The notes: generated by a model not told the origin, from the letters alone. DNA of 32,000 nt from Dickeya dadantii NCPPB 898 (GCF_000406145.1 NZ_CM001976.1:4733677-4765676); one strand, 5' to 3'; positions 7,649 through 15,335 are shown, counted from the stretch's first letter. Numbers and translations: made by a program.

Positions 7649-9038
7649 AAATAAATCCCGGCACGCCAGAAGGCGAAAACAAGAAAACCAACGCTAAAAA
7701 TGAAAAGATCACGAAAGGCACCAGATACCATTCGAGGCGCCTCAGCGTATTAGCGATAATTTCACGCAGCGTTATTAACGATGGATAGATAATTAATAAA
7801 ACAATAAAACCAGCAATTCCCCACATATCGTTTACCGTCAACTGCGCCACATCTGCTCTGGAGATAACCCTCAACATGAGCAACGCATCATGCACACTGC
7901 CAGCCTTAAAGAAAATCCAGGCCAGACAAACAAAATGAAAGGTGAATAGCCGCGCGATAACGCCAAGTATCGGAATTATTTTTTTCTTCTGACGATACTT
8001 AACCCAGAAATTGTAGAAAATCAAACCAACACCATGTATTCCCCCCCAAATTAAAAAGGTAATACTTGTGCCATGCCAGATACCAGACAATACCATCGCA
8101 ATGAAAATATTAAGCTGCGTATTCCACCATCCCTGACGACTTCCTCCTAACGGGATATAGATATAATCACGAATGAACGAAGACAGACTGATGTGCCATC
8201 TTCGCCAAAAATCCTTTATATTCTCAGCAACATAAGGATGTGAAAAATTTGTGCCTATCTGGAAGCCAAGTAAAATAGCAATTCCTGTTACCAAATTAGT
8301 ATAACCAGAAAAGTTGAAATAAATCTGCCAGGCCCACGCGTAAGTTGCCAATATACACTGCCAGCCAGTATAGTTTTCGGGATCAATGAATACAGAGGAA
8401 ACATAGTTTTCATCCAGCCATTCGTTTAAGCAGAATAACTTGGCTATCGCCAGTGCAATAAGAAACAGAGCCCGTGGCCACTCCGTTAGCTGGCGTGGAC
8501 GTTTTGTCTCTATCTGGGGTAACAGCCTGTCTGCCCGGTTGATAGGGCCGGAAAGAAAGGTGGGGAAAAAGTTCAGATAAAGCAAAGTATTAAAAAAATT
8601 ACTTTGTTTTATCTCTCCTTTTGCAACTGAAACAATCAGGCTAACGGCGTTAAATATATAAAATGATAGCCCAATAGGAAGCAATACATTAAGCACGGGA
8701 AGCGTGACAGCAATATGATACTCACTAAGTGTCATTTGCAAATCATCACGCAAACCTGAGTAATACTTAAACATAACAAAGAAAAAAACAGTAAAAAAAA
8801 TCAACAAATAAACAGAAAGCTTCCTAAATTCAGCATGTGCCGCTAAATTTAAAAGAAAGCAAATACAAGCACTAAACAACAACAATACTGTCAGAGACTG
8901 CCAGCTGGACAACAGAACAAGGCCATAACCCGCCACAAGAAGAATAAGATTCTGTACTTTTATCCAGGGAGATAAAAGCCAGTAAATCAAAAACAAAACG
9001 AGGAAGCAAAAGGAAAATTCGACAGAAATTAAATTCAT
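7635..9038 (-). CDS. MBOAT-family membrane O-acyltransferase (PatA/AlgI/DltB-like, ~467 aa)
   Basis: Polytopic protein with MBOAT hallmarks: FWRRWHISLSSFIRDYIYIPLGGSR and SGIWHG (conserved His). The ORF opens at 9050 (MVILMN...), but the ATG at 9038 (MNLISVEF...) fits the usual MBOAT N-terminus. The start is uncertain by 12 nt. Very AT-rich. Confidence 0.85.
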   Translation of the reverse strand: MNLISVEFSFCFLVLFLIYWLLSPWIKVQNLILLVAGYGLVLLSSWQSLTVLLLFSACICFLLNLAAHAEFRKLSVYLLIFFTVFFFVMFKYYSGLRDDLQMTLSEYHIAVTLPVLNVLLPIGLSFYIFNAVSLIVSVAKGEIKQSNFFNTLLYLNFFPTFLSGPINRADRLLPQIETKRPRQLTEWPRALFLIALAIAKLFCLNEWLDENYVSSVFIDPENYTGWQCILATYAWAWQIYFNFSGYTNLVTGIAILLGFQIGTNFSHPYVAENIKDFWRRWHISLSSFIRDYIYIPLGGSRQGWWNTQLNIFIAMVLSGIWHGTSITFLIWGGIHGVGLIFYNFWVKYRQKKKIIPILGVIARLFTFHFVCLAWIFFKAGSVHDALLMLRVISRADVAQLTVNDMWGIAGFIVLLIIYPSLITLREIIANTLRRLEWYLVPFVIFSFLALVFLFSPSGVPGFIYANF

Positions 9039-9415
9039 TAATATCACCATGCACTTATTAAAAATGCGATTTAGAAATACACTCTTACCCGTTGTTTCAT
9101 CTCCAGAAAATAAAAATAAAATTTAACAAAAACAATCTATCAGGAATGAAAAATAGGATTTTCACCTCACCGAAAATTCACCACGCAAATTGATATCATC
9201 AGGATTAAATCGACTAAAAATTCTACTAAAAAAAAGAAAAAATTAAAGATAACGATGACAATCACATCATCAGACACTTCTGAAAAATAATTACACGTCT
9301 ATTTCCCAGAGTTTCTTTTCATGAAATATCATTGCAGGTTGGCGGCAAATAATTACAAAGTTCTGCGGTGAAAATTACTAAAATTACTCAGGAAACAAAC
9401 AACTTAATAAATGCC

Positions 9416-9757
9416 TATACCCTAAATAATTCGAGTTGCAGGACAACACGCTCGCGTGTTGAACAACGCAACGCGTTGGCCCGTCAGGGCAAGGCTCATT
9501 AAGAGCCTTGTAACGCGGCAAGCGAGTGACAAATTCGTCGGGAACGAATTTGACCAGCCAACGGCTGGCCTCCGGTGAGAGACAGGATGTCTCTCATTTA
9601 ATCCCGATGAGCTTACTCGGGTAAGTGATTCGGGTGAACGACAAATCTGCCGGGAGCAAATTTGAACGCAGCTTGCTGCGGCCCTGAAAGGGCGAGGCCC
9701 AAGGAGGGGCCGAGTAACGCAGCCAACACACCTGCAACTTGAAGTATGACGGGTATA
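9416..9757. repeat. ERIC/IRU element, expanded composite form (342 bp)
   Basis: Canonical ERIC termini are present: tataccctaaataattcgagttgcagg (9416-) and cctgcaacttgaagtatgacgggtata (-9757). The core aatcccgatgagcttactcgggtaagtgattcgggtgaacg matches the ERIC1R/ERIC2 primer regions. The arms are interrupted by extra hairpin-forming inserts. Confidence 0.8.
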
Positions 9758-9869
9758 TACTCAACACATTGCCACCCTCAGCAATCTGGTGGAGTGACCC
9801 AGCATGGTTCCGATATGAAAAATAACGAAATGCTCCGCAGTTATGATTGATGTTCAGCACGTCAACGAC

Positions 9870-9921
9870 GAACGCCATGCTGATGAACTGGCATAAACCG
9901 GGGCGGTATCAGGGCGGGTAA
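9870..9921 (+). repeat. right copy of the 52-bp direct repeat (orphan 3' end of a YitT-like gene, encodes ...NAMLMNWHKPGRYQGG*)
   Basis: Identical to 5265-5316 except 9897 (A vs G) and 9912 (G vs A). Both fall on third codon positions and are synonymous (Lys AAG/AAA, Gln CAA/CAG). Confidence 0.95.
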
Positions 9922-9939
9922 AAGCGCCGTCAGCCGACG

Positions 9940-10674
9940 CTAGCCATTACCATCGTGGTGTTTCAGAACGATCGAACAGGTATATCGCCCGGCGGGATGA
10001 ATGGAGATGGTCGTTTCAAAGGTTTCGCCGTTGCGATCCAGATAGCGCCGTATGATTTTCAACGCCGGCGACCCGGTTTCCACCCCCAGCTGTTTCGCAA
10101 TCTTGGCCGGCACGCCAACCGCCGTAATGGTCTGGTGTACTTCCTTGCTTTGCACGCCATAGTGATTTTCGATCAAATCGCTGATCAGCGAAAACGGGTC
10201 ACTGCGCACAAGACGCCTGACCTTGTCGTAGGCAACGCTGGCATAGCTGTCCGTCCAGCAAATCGGCGCGTCCGGCTTGATGCTATCTTCCCGAATACTC
10301 GCGATATGCAGCCAACGCGACCCCGGCGGGCAACCAATGATTTGCGACAATTCATAATCGGCGACGATCTCATCAATCTTTTTCACCACCCGCACATTAT
10401 TCCTGGCCAGCGCCAGCAAATCTTCCAGGTTTGCCAGCGGGTGGTTCGTGTTCCCGTTTCTGGCATCGGTGACGTGGGTCCCGGCGCCTTTGCGTCTTGA
10501 GATCAGCCCTTGCTCGGTAAGCTCGCGCAGGGCTTCCCGCACGGTATGCCGGCTGGCCTGATACACCTCGCAGAGCGCCTTTTCGGTCGGGAAAAGTGAA
10601 CCTGCCGGGTACTTGCCGGAAACGATGTCCTGCGCCAGTTCTCGGGCAATCCGCTTATAGAGGGACTCTTTCAT
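9940..10674 (-). CDS. GntR-family transcriptional regulator, HutC subfamily (wHTH plus UTRA effector domain, 244 aa)
   Basis: N-terminal LPTEKALCEVYQASRHTVREALRELTEQGLISRRKGAGTHV is the GntR wHTH signature. The ~160-aa C-terminus is of UTRA-like length and pattern. Divergent from the lyase/transporter pair. Confidence 0.9.
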   Translation of the reverse strand: MKESLYKRIARELAQDIVSGKYPAGSLFPTEKALCEVYQASRHTVREALRELTEQGLISRRKGAGTHVTDARNGNTNHPLANLEDLLALARNNVRVVKKIDEIVADYELSQIIGCPPGSRWLHIASIREDSIKPDAPICWTDSYASVAYDKVRRLVRSDPFSLISDLIENHYGVQSKEVHQTITAVGVPAKIAKQLGVETGSPALKIIRRYLDRNGETFETTISIHPAGRYTCSIVLKHHDGNG

Positions 10675-10756
10675 AGAGATACGTTCTTCGAAAAATTAAT
10701 GATCGCTATCACAAAGCGGTGAGTAAACACTTCCGCTGACTATGCACGCTCGCTAT

Positions 10757-10820
10757 AAATGTCCGTACATTTAAAATATGTCCGGACATTTTCATCACCC
10801 TTATCGGTCGTTACGGACAT
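10757..10820. promoter_or_regulatory. three copies of an ATGTCCG(G/T)ACAT-type palindromic operator (candidate GntR/HutC binding sites) in the divergent promoter region
   Basis: Site 1 AAATGTCCGTACATTT (10757-10772), site 2 the perfect 12-bp palindrome ATGTCCGGACAT (10778-10789), site 3 gttacggacat (10810-10820, opposite orientation). All fit the GT-N(x)-AC architecture of GntR-family operators. A TATAAA -10-like hexamer (10754-10759) abuts site 1. Confidence 0.6.
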
Positions 10821-10882
10821 ACCGTACCGAGACCGTTGTTAGCGGTCAGTCTATCACTAAATCACACCCGGGAGGGGCCACT

Positions 10883-12235
10883 ATGGCATCGAATGTTCTT
10901 GATTCTATTCTGTTCAGGGACTCGTTCGGCACGCCTGAAATGCGCGCCGTCTTTGACGACCATGAATTGATTCGGAAATACGTTGAGGTAGAGATCGCGC
11001 TGGCGAAAGCCGAAGCCCGCTGCGGCGTTATCCCGCAGCAAGCCGCCGACGAGATCGCCAAAACCTGCAACGCCGACACGCTGGATTTCGACCTCCTGCG
11101 CCATGAAACCGAAATCGTCGGCTACCCGATTTTACCGCTGGTCCATCAGATCTCGAAACAGGCCGGGGCATCCGGCGGCTACGTGCACTGGGGCGCGACC
11201 ACGCAGGACATCATGGATACGGCGGTGGTGTTGCAAATCCGCGACGCCTTCGATCTGATTGAAGCGGATATCCGGTCGCTGCGTAACACGCTCGCCGATC
11301 TGGCGCGGCGCTACCGCAATACCCCGATGGCGGGCAGAACCCATCTGCAACAGGCGTTGCCCATCACTTTCGGCTACAAGGCCGCCATCTGGCTGGATAT
11401 GTTTGACCGCCACGCCGAACGCCTCGAACAGGCGCGCCCGCGCATTCTGGTCGGCGAATTCGCCGGCGCCGCCGGCACGCTGGCCTCGCTGGGCGACAAC
11501 GGTCTGGTGGTGCAGAAAGCGATGATGGAAGAGCTGAAACTGGGCGTGCCGACCTCCACCTGGCATGTGGCGCGCGACGGCTTCGCCGAAGCGGTGAATT
11601 TGCTGGCCGTCATCACCGGATCGCTGGGGAAAATCGCCTATGACGTCATGCTGCTGGCCTCCAACGAGTTTGGCGAACTGTACGAACCCTTTGTCAAAGG
11701 CCGCGGCGCCAGCAGCACCATGCCGCAAAAACGTAACCCGATCTCCAGCGAACTGATGCTGGCCTGCGCCAAAGGCGTACGTCAGCACGCCGGCCTCATG
11801 CTGGATGCGATGGTGCAGGATCTGGAACGCGCCACCGGCCCGTGGCATGCGGAATGGATCGCGATTCCGGAAAGTTTCGTGCTGGCCGCCGGCGCGCTCA
11901 ATCAGGCTAAATTCATGCTCAGCGGCCTGATTGTCGACGAACAGGCGATGGCGAAAAACCTCGATATGACCAAAGGGCTGATCGTGGCGGAAGCCGTAAT
12001 GATGGGGCTGGCGCCTTACATAGGTCGGCAAGACGCGCACGACGTGGTTTACGACGCCTGCCGTATCGTCAATACGCAGGGCGGTCGCCTGGCCGACGTG
12101 CTGAACGCCATGCCTCAGGTATCCAGCCGCCTCAAACCGGAATTAATCGAGCAGTTGACGGACCCGGTCAATTACCTCGGCATCGCGCCGGAAATGGTTG
12201 ATCAGGTGCTGGAAAAATCCGCCAAACGGCAATAA
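10883..12235 (+). CDS. fumarate-lyase superfamily enzyme (adenylosuccinate lyase / 3-carboxy-cis,cis-muconate cycloisomerase-like, 450 aa)
   Basis: Superfamily signature GASSTMPQKRNP, HWGATTQDI, and MAGRTHLQQALPITFG. I prefer the ATG at 10883 (GGGAGGGG RBS at 10869-10876). The ORF-track start 10778 lies inside operator site 2 and adds a non-conserved 35-aa extension. Confidence 0.85.
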   Translation: MASNVLDSILFRDSFGTPEMRAVFDDHELIRKYVEVEIALAKAEARCGVIPQQAADEIAKTCNADTLDFDLLRHETEIVGYPILPLVHQISKQAGASGGYVHWGATTQDIMDTAVVLQIRDAFDLIEADIRSLRNTLADLARRYRNTPMAGRTHLQQALPITFGYKAAIWLDMFDRHAERLEQARPRILVGEFAGAAGTLASLGDNGLVVQKAMMEELKLGVPTSTWHVARDGFAEAVNLLAVITGSLGKIAYDVMLLASNEFGELYEPFVKGRGASSTMPQKRNPISSELMLACAKGVRQHAGLMLDAMVQDLERATGPWHAEWIAIPESFVLAAGALNQAKFMLSGLIVDEQAMAKNLDMTKGLIVAEAVMMGLAPYIGRQDAHDVVYDACRIVNTQGGRLADVLNAMPQVSSRLKPELIEQLTDPVNYLGIAPEMVDQVLEKSAKRQ

Positions 12236-12271
12236 CCCCAGCCAATAACCCGTAAGATTGAGGAGATGATC

Positions 12272-13693
12272 ATGTCATCTGATTCATCTAAGGGAAAATC
12301 AATCGTCGCCTTTATGGTTCCCCTGTTATTGGGAACCATAATCTGGTTTTCCCCTGTACCCGAAGGATTAACACCGCAGGCATGGCATATGTTTGCCATT
12401 TTTCTCGCCACCATCGCCGCGATATTAACCCAGCCGCTGCCCTCCGGCGCAGTCATGATTATTGCGCTATGCGTCGTTATTTTTACGCAGACGCTGCCGG
12501 AAGCGAAAGCGCTGGCAGGCTTTTCCAGCGGAACCGTCTGGTTAATCTTCTGTGCGTATATTCTGTCTCTGGGATTCGTCACCTCCGGTCTCGGCAAAAG
12601 AATCGCCTATAAAATGCTGTCGTTATTCGGCGGCAGCAGTCTGGGCATCGCCTATTCATTAGGGGTTTCCGACCTGATTATGGCGCCGGCCATGCCGTCG
12701 GTCACCGCACGCTCAGGGGGCATTATTTTCCCTATCGTGCGTTCCATCAACGAAGTATTGGGTTCTACGCCGGGTGAGTCAGGGAAAAAAATCGGTGATT
12801 TCCTGATCATGGTCTGTTTCCAGTTCACCCCTATAACCGGCGCCATTTTTCTGACGGGCATGGCGGCGAATCCGCTGGTGGGCAGCCTGGCGAAATCCTC
12901 GCTAAATGTCGAAATTACCTGGGGAAGTTGGTTTATCGCCGCGGTAGTACCAGCCATGGTGTGTTTCTGTCTGATGCCGCTGCTGGTCTACAAGCTGCTA
13001 AACCCCGAATTGAAACGCACCCCGGAAGCCAGACAGATGGGGAAACAGGCGCTCGCCGAGCTGGGAACGATGACGCCCGCCGAGAAAAAAGTCGCGCTGG
13101 GATTTCTGCTGGCGCTGATTGGCTGGGGAACCAGCCTGGTTACCGGGCTATCGGCCACCGCCGTTGGGCTGGGTCTTGCCGCCTATCTGTTTGCCTCACG
13201 CGCGGTTGACTGGAAAGCCCTGCTCAAAGACCACGCCGCCTGGGATACCGTCATTTGGTTTAGCGTGATCATCAGCCTGGCCGGCGGCCTGTCCGATTTG
13301 GGTTTCATCAAATGGATGACGGTTAAAATGGGCGGCGCCATTCACGGCTTCGGCGCGATGGGCACGTTTATCTTACTCGGGCTGATCTATATTTACGTCC
13401 ACTACCTGTTCGCCACCGCGACCGGTCACGTCGCCGCGCTGTATGCGCCTTTTGCCGCCACCGCGATTGCCGCAGGCGCGCCCCCGGTCATGGTGGCGAT
13501 ATGCTTTGGTATTTTCAGCAACCTGATGTGGGGAAATACCGAATACGGCGGCGGGCCGGGGCCGATTTATTTTGCTCAGGGCTATTTTGAACGACCGCGG
13601 TTTTACAAAATCAATTTATGCGTGGTGACGGTCAATGTCATCGTGACCTTTGCCGTCGGGCTGGTGTGGTGGAATCTGCTGGGGTATTACTGA
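12272..13693 (+). CDS. DASS-family anion permease (CitT/TtdT-like di/tricarboxylate transporter, ~473 aa)
   Basis: Polytopic protein. The N-terminal pattern WFSPVPEGLTPQAWHMFAIFLATIAAILTQPLP and repeated hairpin motifs (MPSVTARSGGIIFPI, GNTEYGGGPGPIYF) are typical of the CitT/SLC13 family. AGGAG at 12261-12265 favours ATG 12272 over ATG 12266. The gap from the lyase gene is 30-36 nt, so they probably form an operon. Confidence 0.85.
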   Translation: MSSDSSKGKSIVAFMVPLLLGTIIWFSPVPEGLTPQAWHMFAIFLATIAAILTQPLPSGAVMIIALCVVIFTQTLPEAKALAGFSSGTVWLIFCAYILSLGFVTSGLGKRIAYKMLSLFGGSSLGIAYSLGVSDLIMAPAMPSVTARSGGIIFPIVRSINEVLGSTPGESGKKIGDFLIMVCFQFTPITGAIFLTGMAANPLVGSLAKSSLNVEITWGSWFIAAVVPAMVCFCLMPLLVYKLLNPELKRTPEARQMGKQALAELGTMTPAEKKVALGFLLALIGWGTSLVTGLSATAVGLGLAAYLFASRAVDWKALLKDHAAWDTVIWFSVIISLAGGLSDLGFIKWMTVKMGGAIHGFGAMGTFILLGLIYIYVHYLFATATGHVAALYAPFAATAIAAGAPPVMVAICFGIFSNLMWGNTEYGGGPGPIYFAQGYFERPRFYKINLCVVTVNVIVTFAVGLVWWNLLGYY

Positions 13694-13717
13694 CCTTACT
13701 CGTTATTTTCCTTAATA

Positions 13718-13747
13718 AATCAGGGTGAGGATTACCTCACCCTGATT
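13718..13747. terminator. perfect 13-bp stem hairpin between the convergent transporter and gor genes
   Basis: aatcagggtgagg-atta-cctcaccctgatt. There is no clean U-tract on either side, so its terminator function is inferred from position. Confidence 0.55.
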
Positions 13748-13781
13748 GTCACCACGACGTAAGCACATCACGGTTTCGGCG

Positions 13782-15134
13782 TTATCGCATAGTCACAAAC
13801 TCTTCCGCCGCCGTTGGATGAATCGCCACCGTGTCGTCGAAGTCTTTTTTGGTCGCGCCCATCTTCACCGCCACCGCAAAGCCCTGCAGGATTTCATCCA
13901 TACCGAAGCCGATGCCGTGCACGCCGACGATTTTCTCTTCCGGCCCCACGCACACCAGCTTCATGCGGCACGGCTGACGGTGCTGCGTCACCGCAGTGTA
14001 CATGGCGGTAAACGCGGACTTATACACCTTAACCTGATCGTCGCCATACTGCTCGCGCGCCTGCGGCTCGGTCAGCCCGACGGTGCCGATCGGCGGGTGG
14101 CTGAACACCACGGTCGGGATATTGCTGTAATCCAGATGCTCGTCCGGCTTGTTGTTGAACAACCGTTCGGACAGACGACGCCCCGCCGCCACGGCGACCG
14201 GCGTCAGCTCAACGGCGCCGGTGTTATCGCCCACCGCGTAGATACCCGGCACCGTGGTGTTCTGGAATTTATCCACCACGATGTAGCCTTTGCTGTTGAG
14301 CGCCACACCCGCCGCATCCAGATTGATCTTATCGTTCGCCGGTTCGCGGCCGATCGCCCAGATCAGGCAATCTACGGTTTGCTCATGCCCGCTTTCCAGT
14401 TGCAGCGTCAGGCTACCGTCGGCGTTTTTCACCACTGCCCTGGGGATAGACTCGGTGTGCAGCCCCGGGCCTTCGGTGTTCATCACCTCCACCAGCGTGT
14501 CCACAATCAGCGGGTCGAACTGGCGCAGCGGCGCGTGCTTGCGCACAAACAGGTGAACCTCGGAGCCAAGCGCGTTCAGCACGCCGGCGATTTCCACCGC
14601 GATATAACCGGCGCCCACCACGGCAACCCGTTGCGGCAGCGCGGTCAGTGCAAAGAAACCATCGGAATCAATACCGTACTCCGCACCGGGAATCGACGGG
14701 CGCGTCGGCCGGCCGCCGGTGGCGATCAGGATATGGTCGGCGGTGATGCGCTCGCCGTTCACTTCCACCGTCTTCGCATCCACGAAACGGGCAAAGCCCT
14801 GAATCACCTCGACCTGATTTTTCCCCAGTACGTTATTGTAAGACTGGTGGATACGGTCAATGTAGGCGCTGCGGTTTTTCAGCAACGTATCCCAGTTAAA
14901 CTGATTGACGGTGACATCAAAACCATAGTCCGGCCCGTAGTGGTGAATGGCTTCGGCAATCTGAGCGGCATGCCACATCACCTTTTTCGGCACGCACCCG
15001 ACATTGACGCAGGTGCCGCCCAGGTATTTGGCTTCGATCAGCGCGCATTTCTTTCCATACATGGCCGCACGGTTGATGGAGGCAATGCCGCCGCTGCCGC
15101 CACCAATGGCGAGATAGTCATAATGTCTGGTCAT
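13782..15134 (-). CDS. gor: glutathione-disulfide reductase (450 aa)
   Basis: Near-colinear with E. coli Gor: [47 protein letters not shown] (redox-active CVNVGC) and a C-terminal [12 protein letters not shown]. Confidence 0.97.
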   Translation of the reverse strand: MTRHYDYLAIGGGSGGIASINRAAMYGKKCALIEAKYLGGTCVNVGCVPKKVMWHAAQIAEAIHHYGPDYGFDVTVNQFNWDTLLKNRSAYIDRIHQSYNNVLGKNQVEVIQGFARFVDAKTVEVNGERITADHILIATGGRPTRPSIPGAEYGIDSDGFFALTALPQRVAVVGAGYIAVEIAGVLNALGSEVHLFVRKHAPLRQFDPLIVDTLVEVMNTEGPGLHTESIPRAVVKNADGSLTLQLESGHEQTVDCLIWAIGREPANDKINLDAAGVALNSKGYIVVDKFQNTTVPGIYAVGDNTGAVELTPVAVAAGRRLSERLFNNKPDEHLDYSNIPTVVFSHPPIGTVGLTEPQAREQYGDDQVKVYKSAFTAMYTAVTQHRQPCRMKLVCVGPEEKIVGVHGIGFGMDEILQGFAVAVKMGATKKDFDDTVAIHPTAAEEFVTMR

Positions 15135-15237
15135 CAGGGCTCCACGTTTGCTTTCGATAAACGTTCAATAAAAGTAGATAGACCGTATCCCGCCGCCGCA
15201 CCAATGCTGGCGCCCAATGGCGGAATACGGCTCACAG

Positions 15238-15335
15238 TGTAACGCTGGCGAAACAAATCCAACGCCGACGAGATGTAACATCAACGAGATGCAACATCAG
15301 CGAGATATAACGCCAGCGAAAAGTGTAACGCCAGC
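15238..15335. repeat. iterated T(G/A)(T/C)AAC-containing motif: three tandem 16-bp units plus two flanking degenerate copies in the gor/rbn divergent intergenic region
   Basis: Units cgagatgtaacatcaa (15269), cgagatgcaacatcag (15285), cgagatataacgccag (15301). Related copies are tgtaacgctggcg (15238) and cgaaaagtgtaacgccagc (15317). Confidence 0.8.

Larger units (their letters stand above)
5317..9869. mobile_element. putative horizontally acquired island (about 4.55 kb, AT-rich, no recognisable mobility gene) inserted at the 3' end of the YitT-like gene
   Basis: Bracketed by the 52-bp direct repeat. By eye the composition drops from about 60% GC in the flanks to about 30-45% inside, lowest over 7650-9400. 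It contains only the three-gene MBOAT/SGNH/SGNH operon, a 365-bp ORF-free AT-rich leader and an ERIC element. Confidence 0.6.

Noticed and set aside
5317-9869. Integrase, transposase, IS ends or a tRNA target that would explain island mobility
   Set aside because: I read all six frames and found nothing beyond the three enzyme genes. There are no terminal inverted repeats apart from the ERIC arms. Absence is reported rather than an invented mobility gene.
9594-9878. 94-aa minus-strand ORF
   Set aside because: It lies almost entirely within the ERIC element and the island junction. It has no RBS, and its composition is dictated by the repeat hairpins.
10778-10882. 35-codon N-terminal extension of the lyase
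   Set aside because: The ATG is part of the ATGTCCGGACAT operator palindrome and has no SD. A GGGAGGGG SD precedes the ATG at 10883, where family-typical sequence begins.
13746-15242. 498-aa plus-strand ORF overlapping gor
   Set aside because: It is the antisense shadow of gor, with an Arg/His-rich nonsense composition. gor is colinear with the E. coli protein on the other strand.
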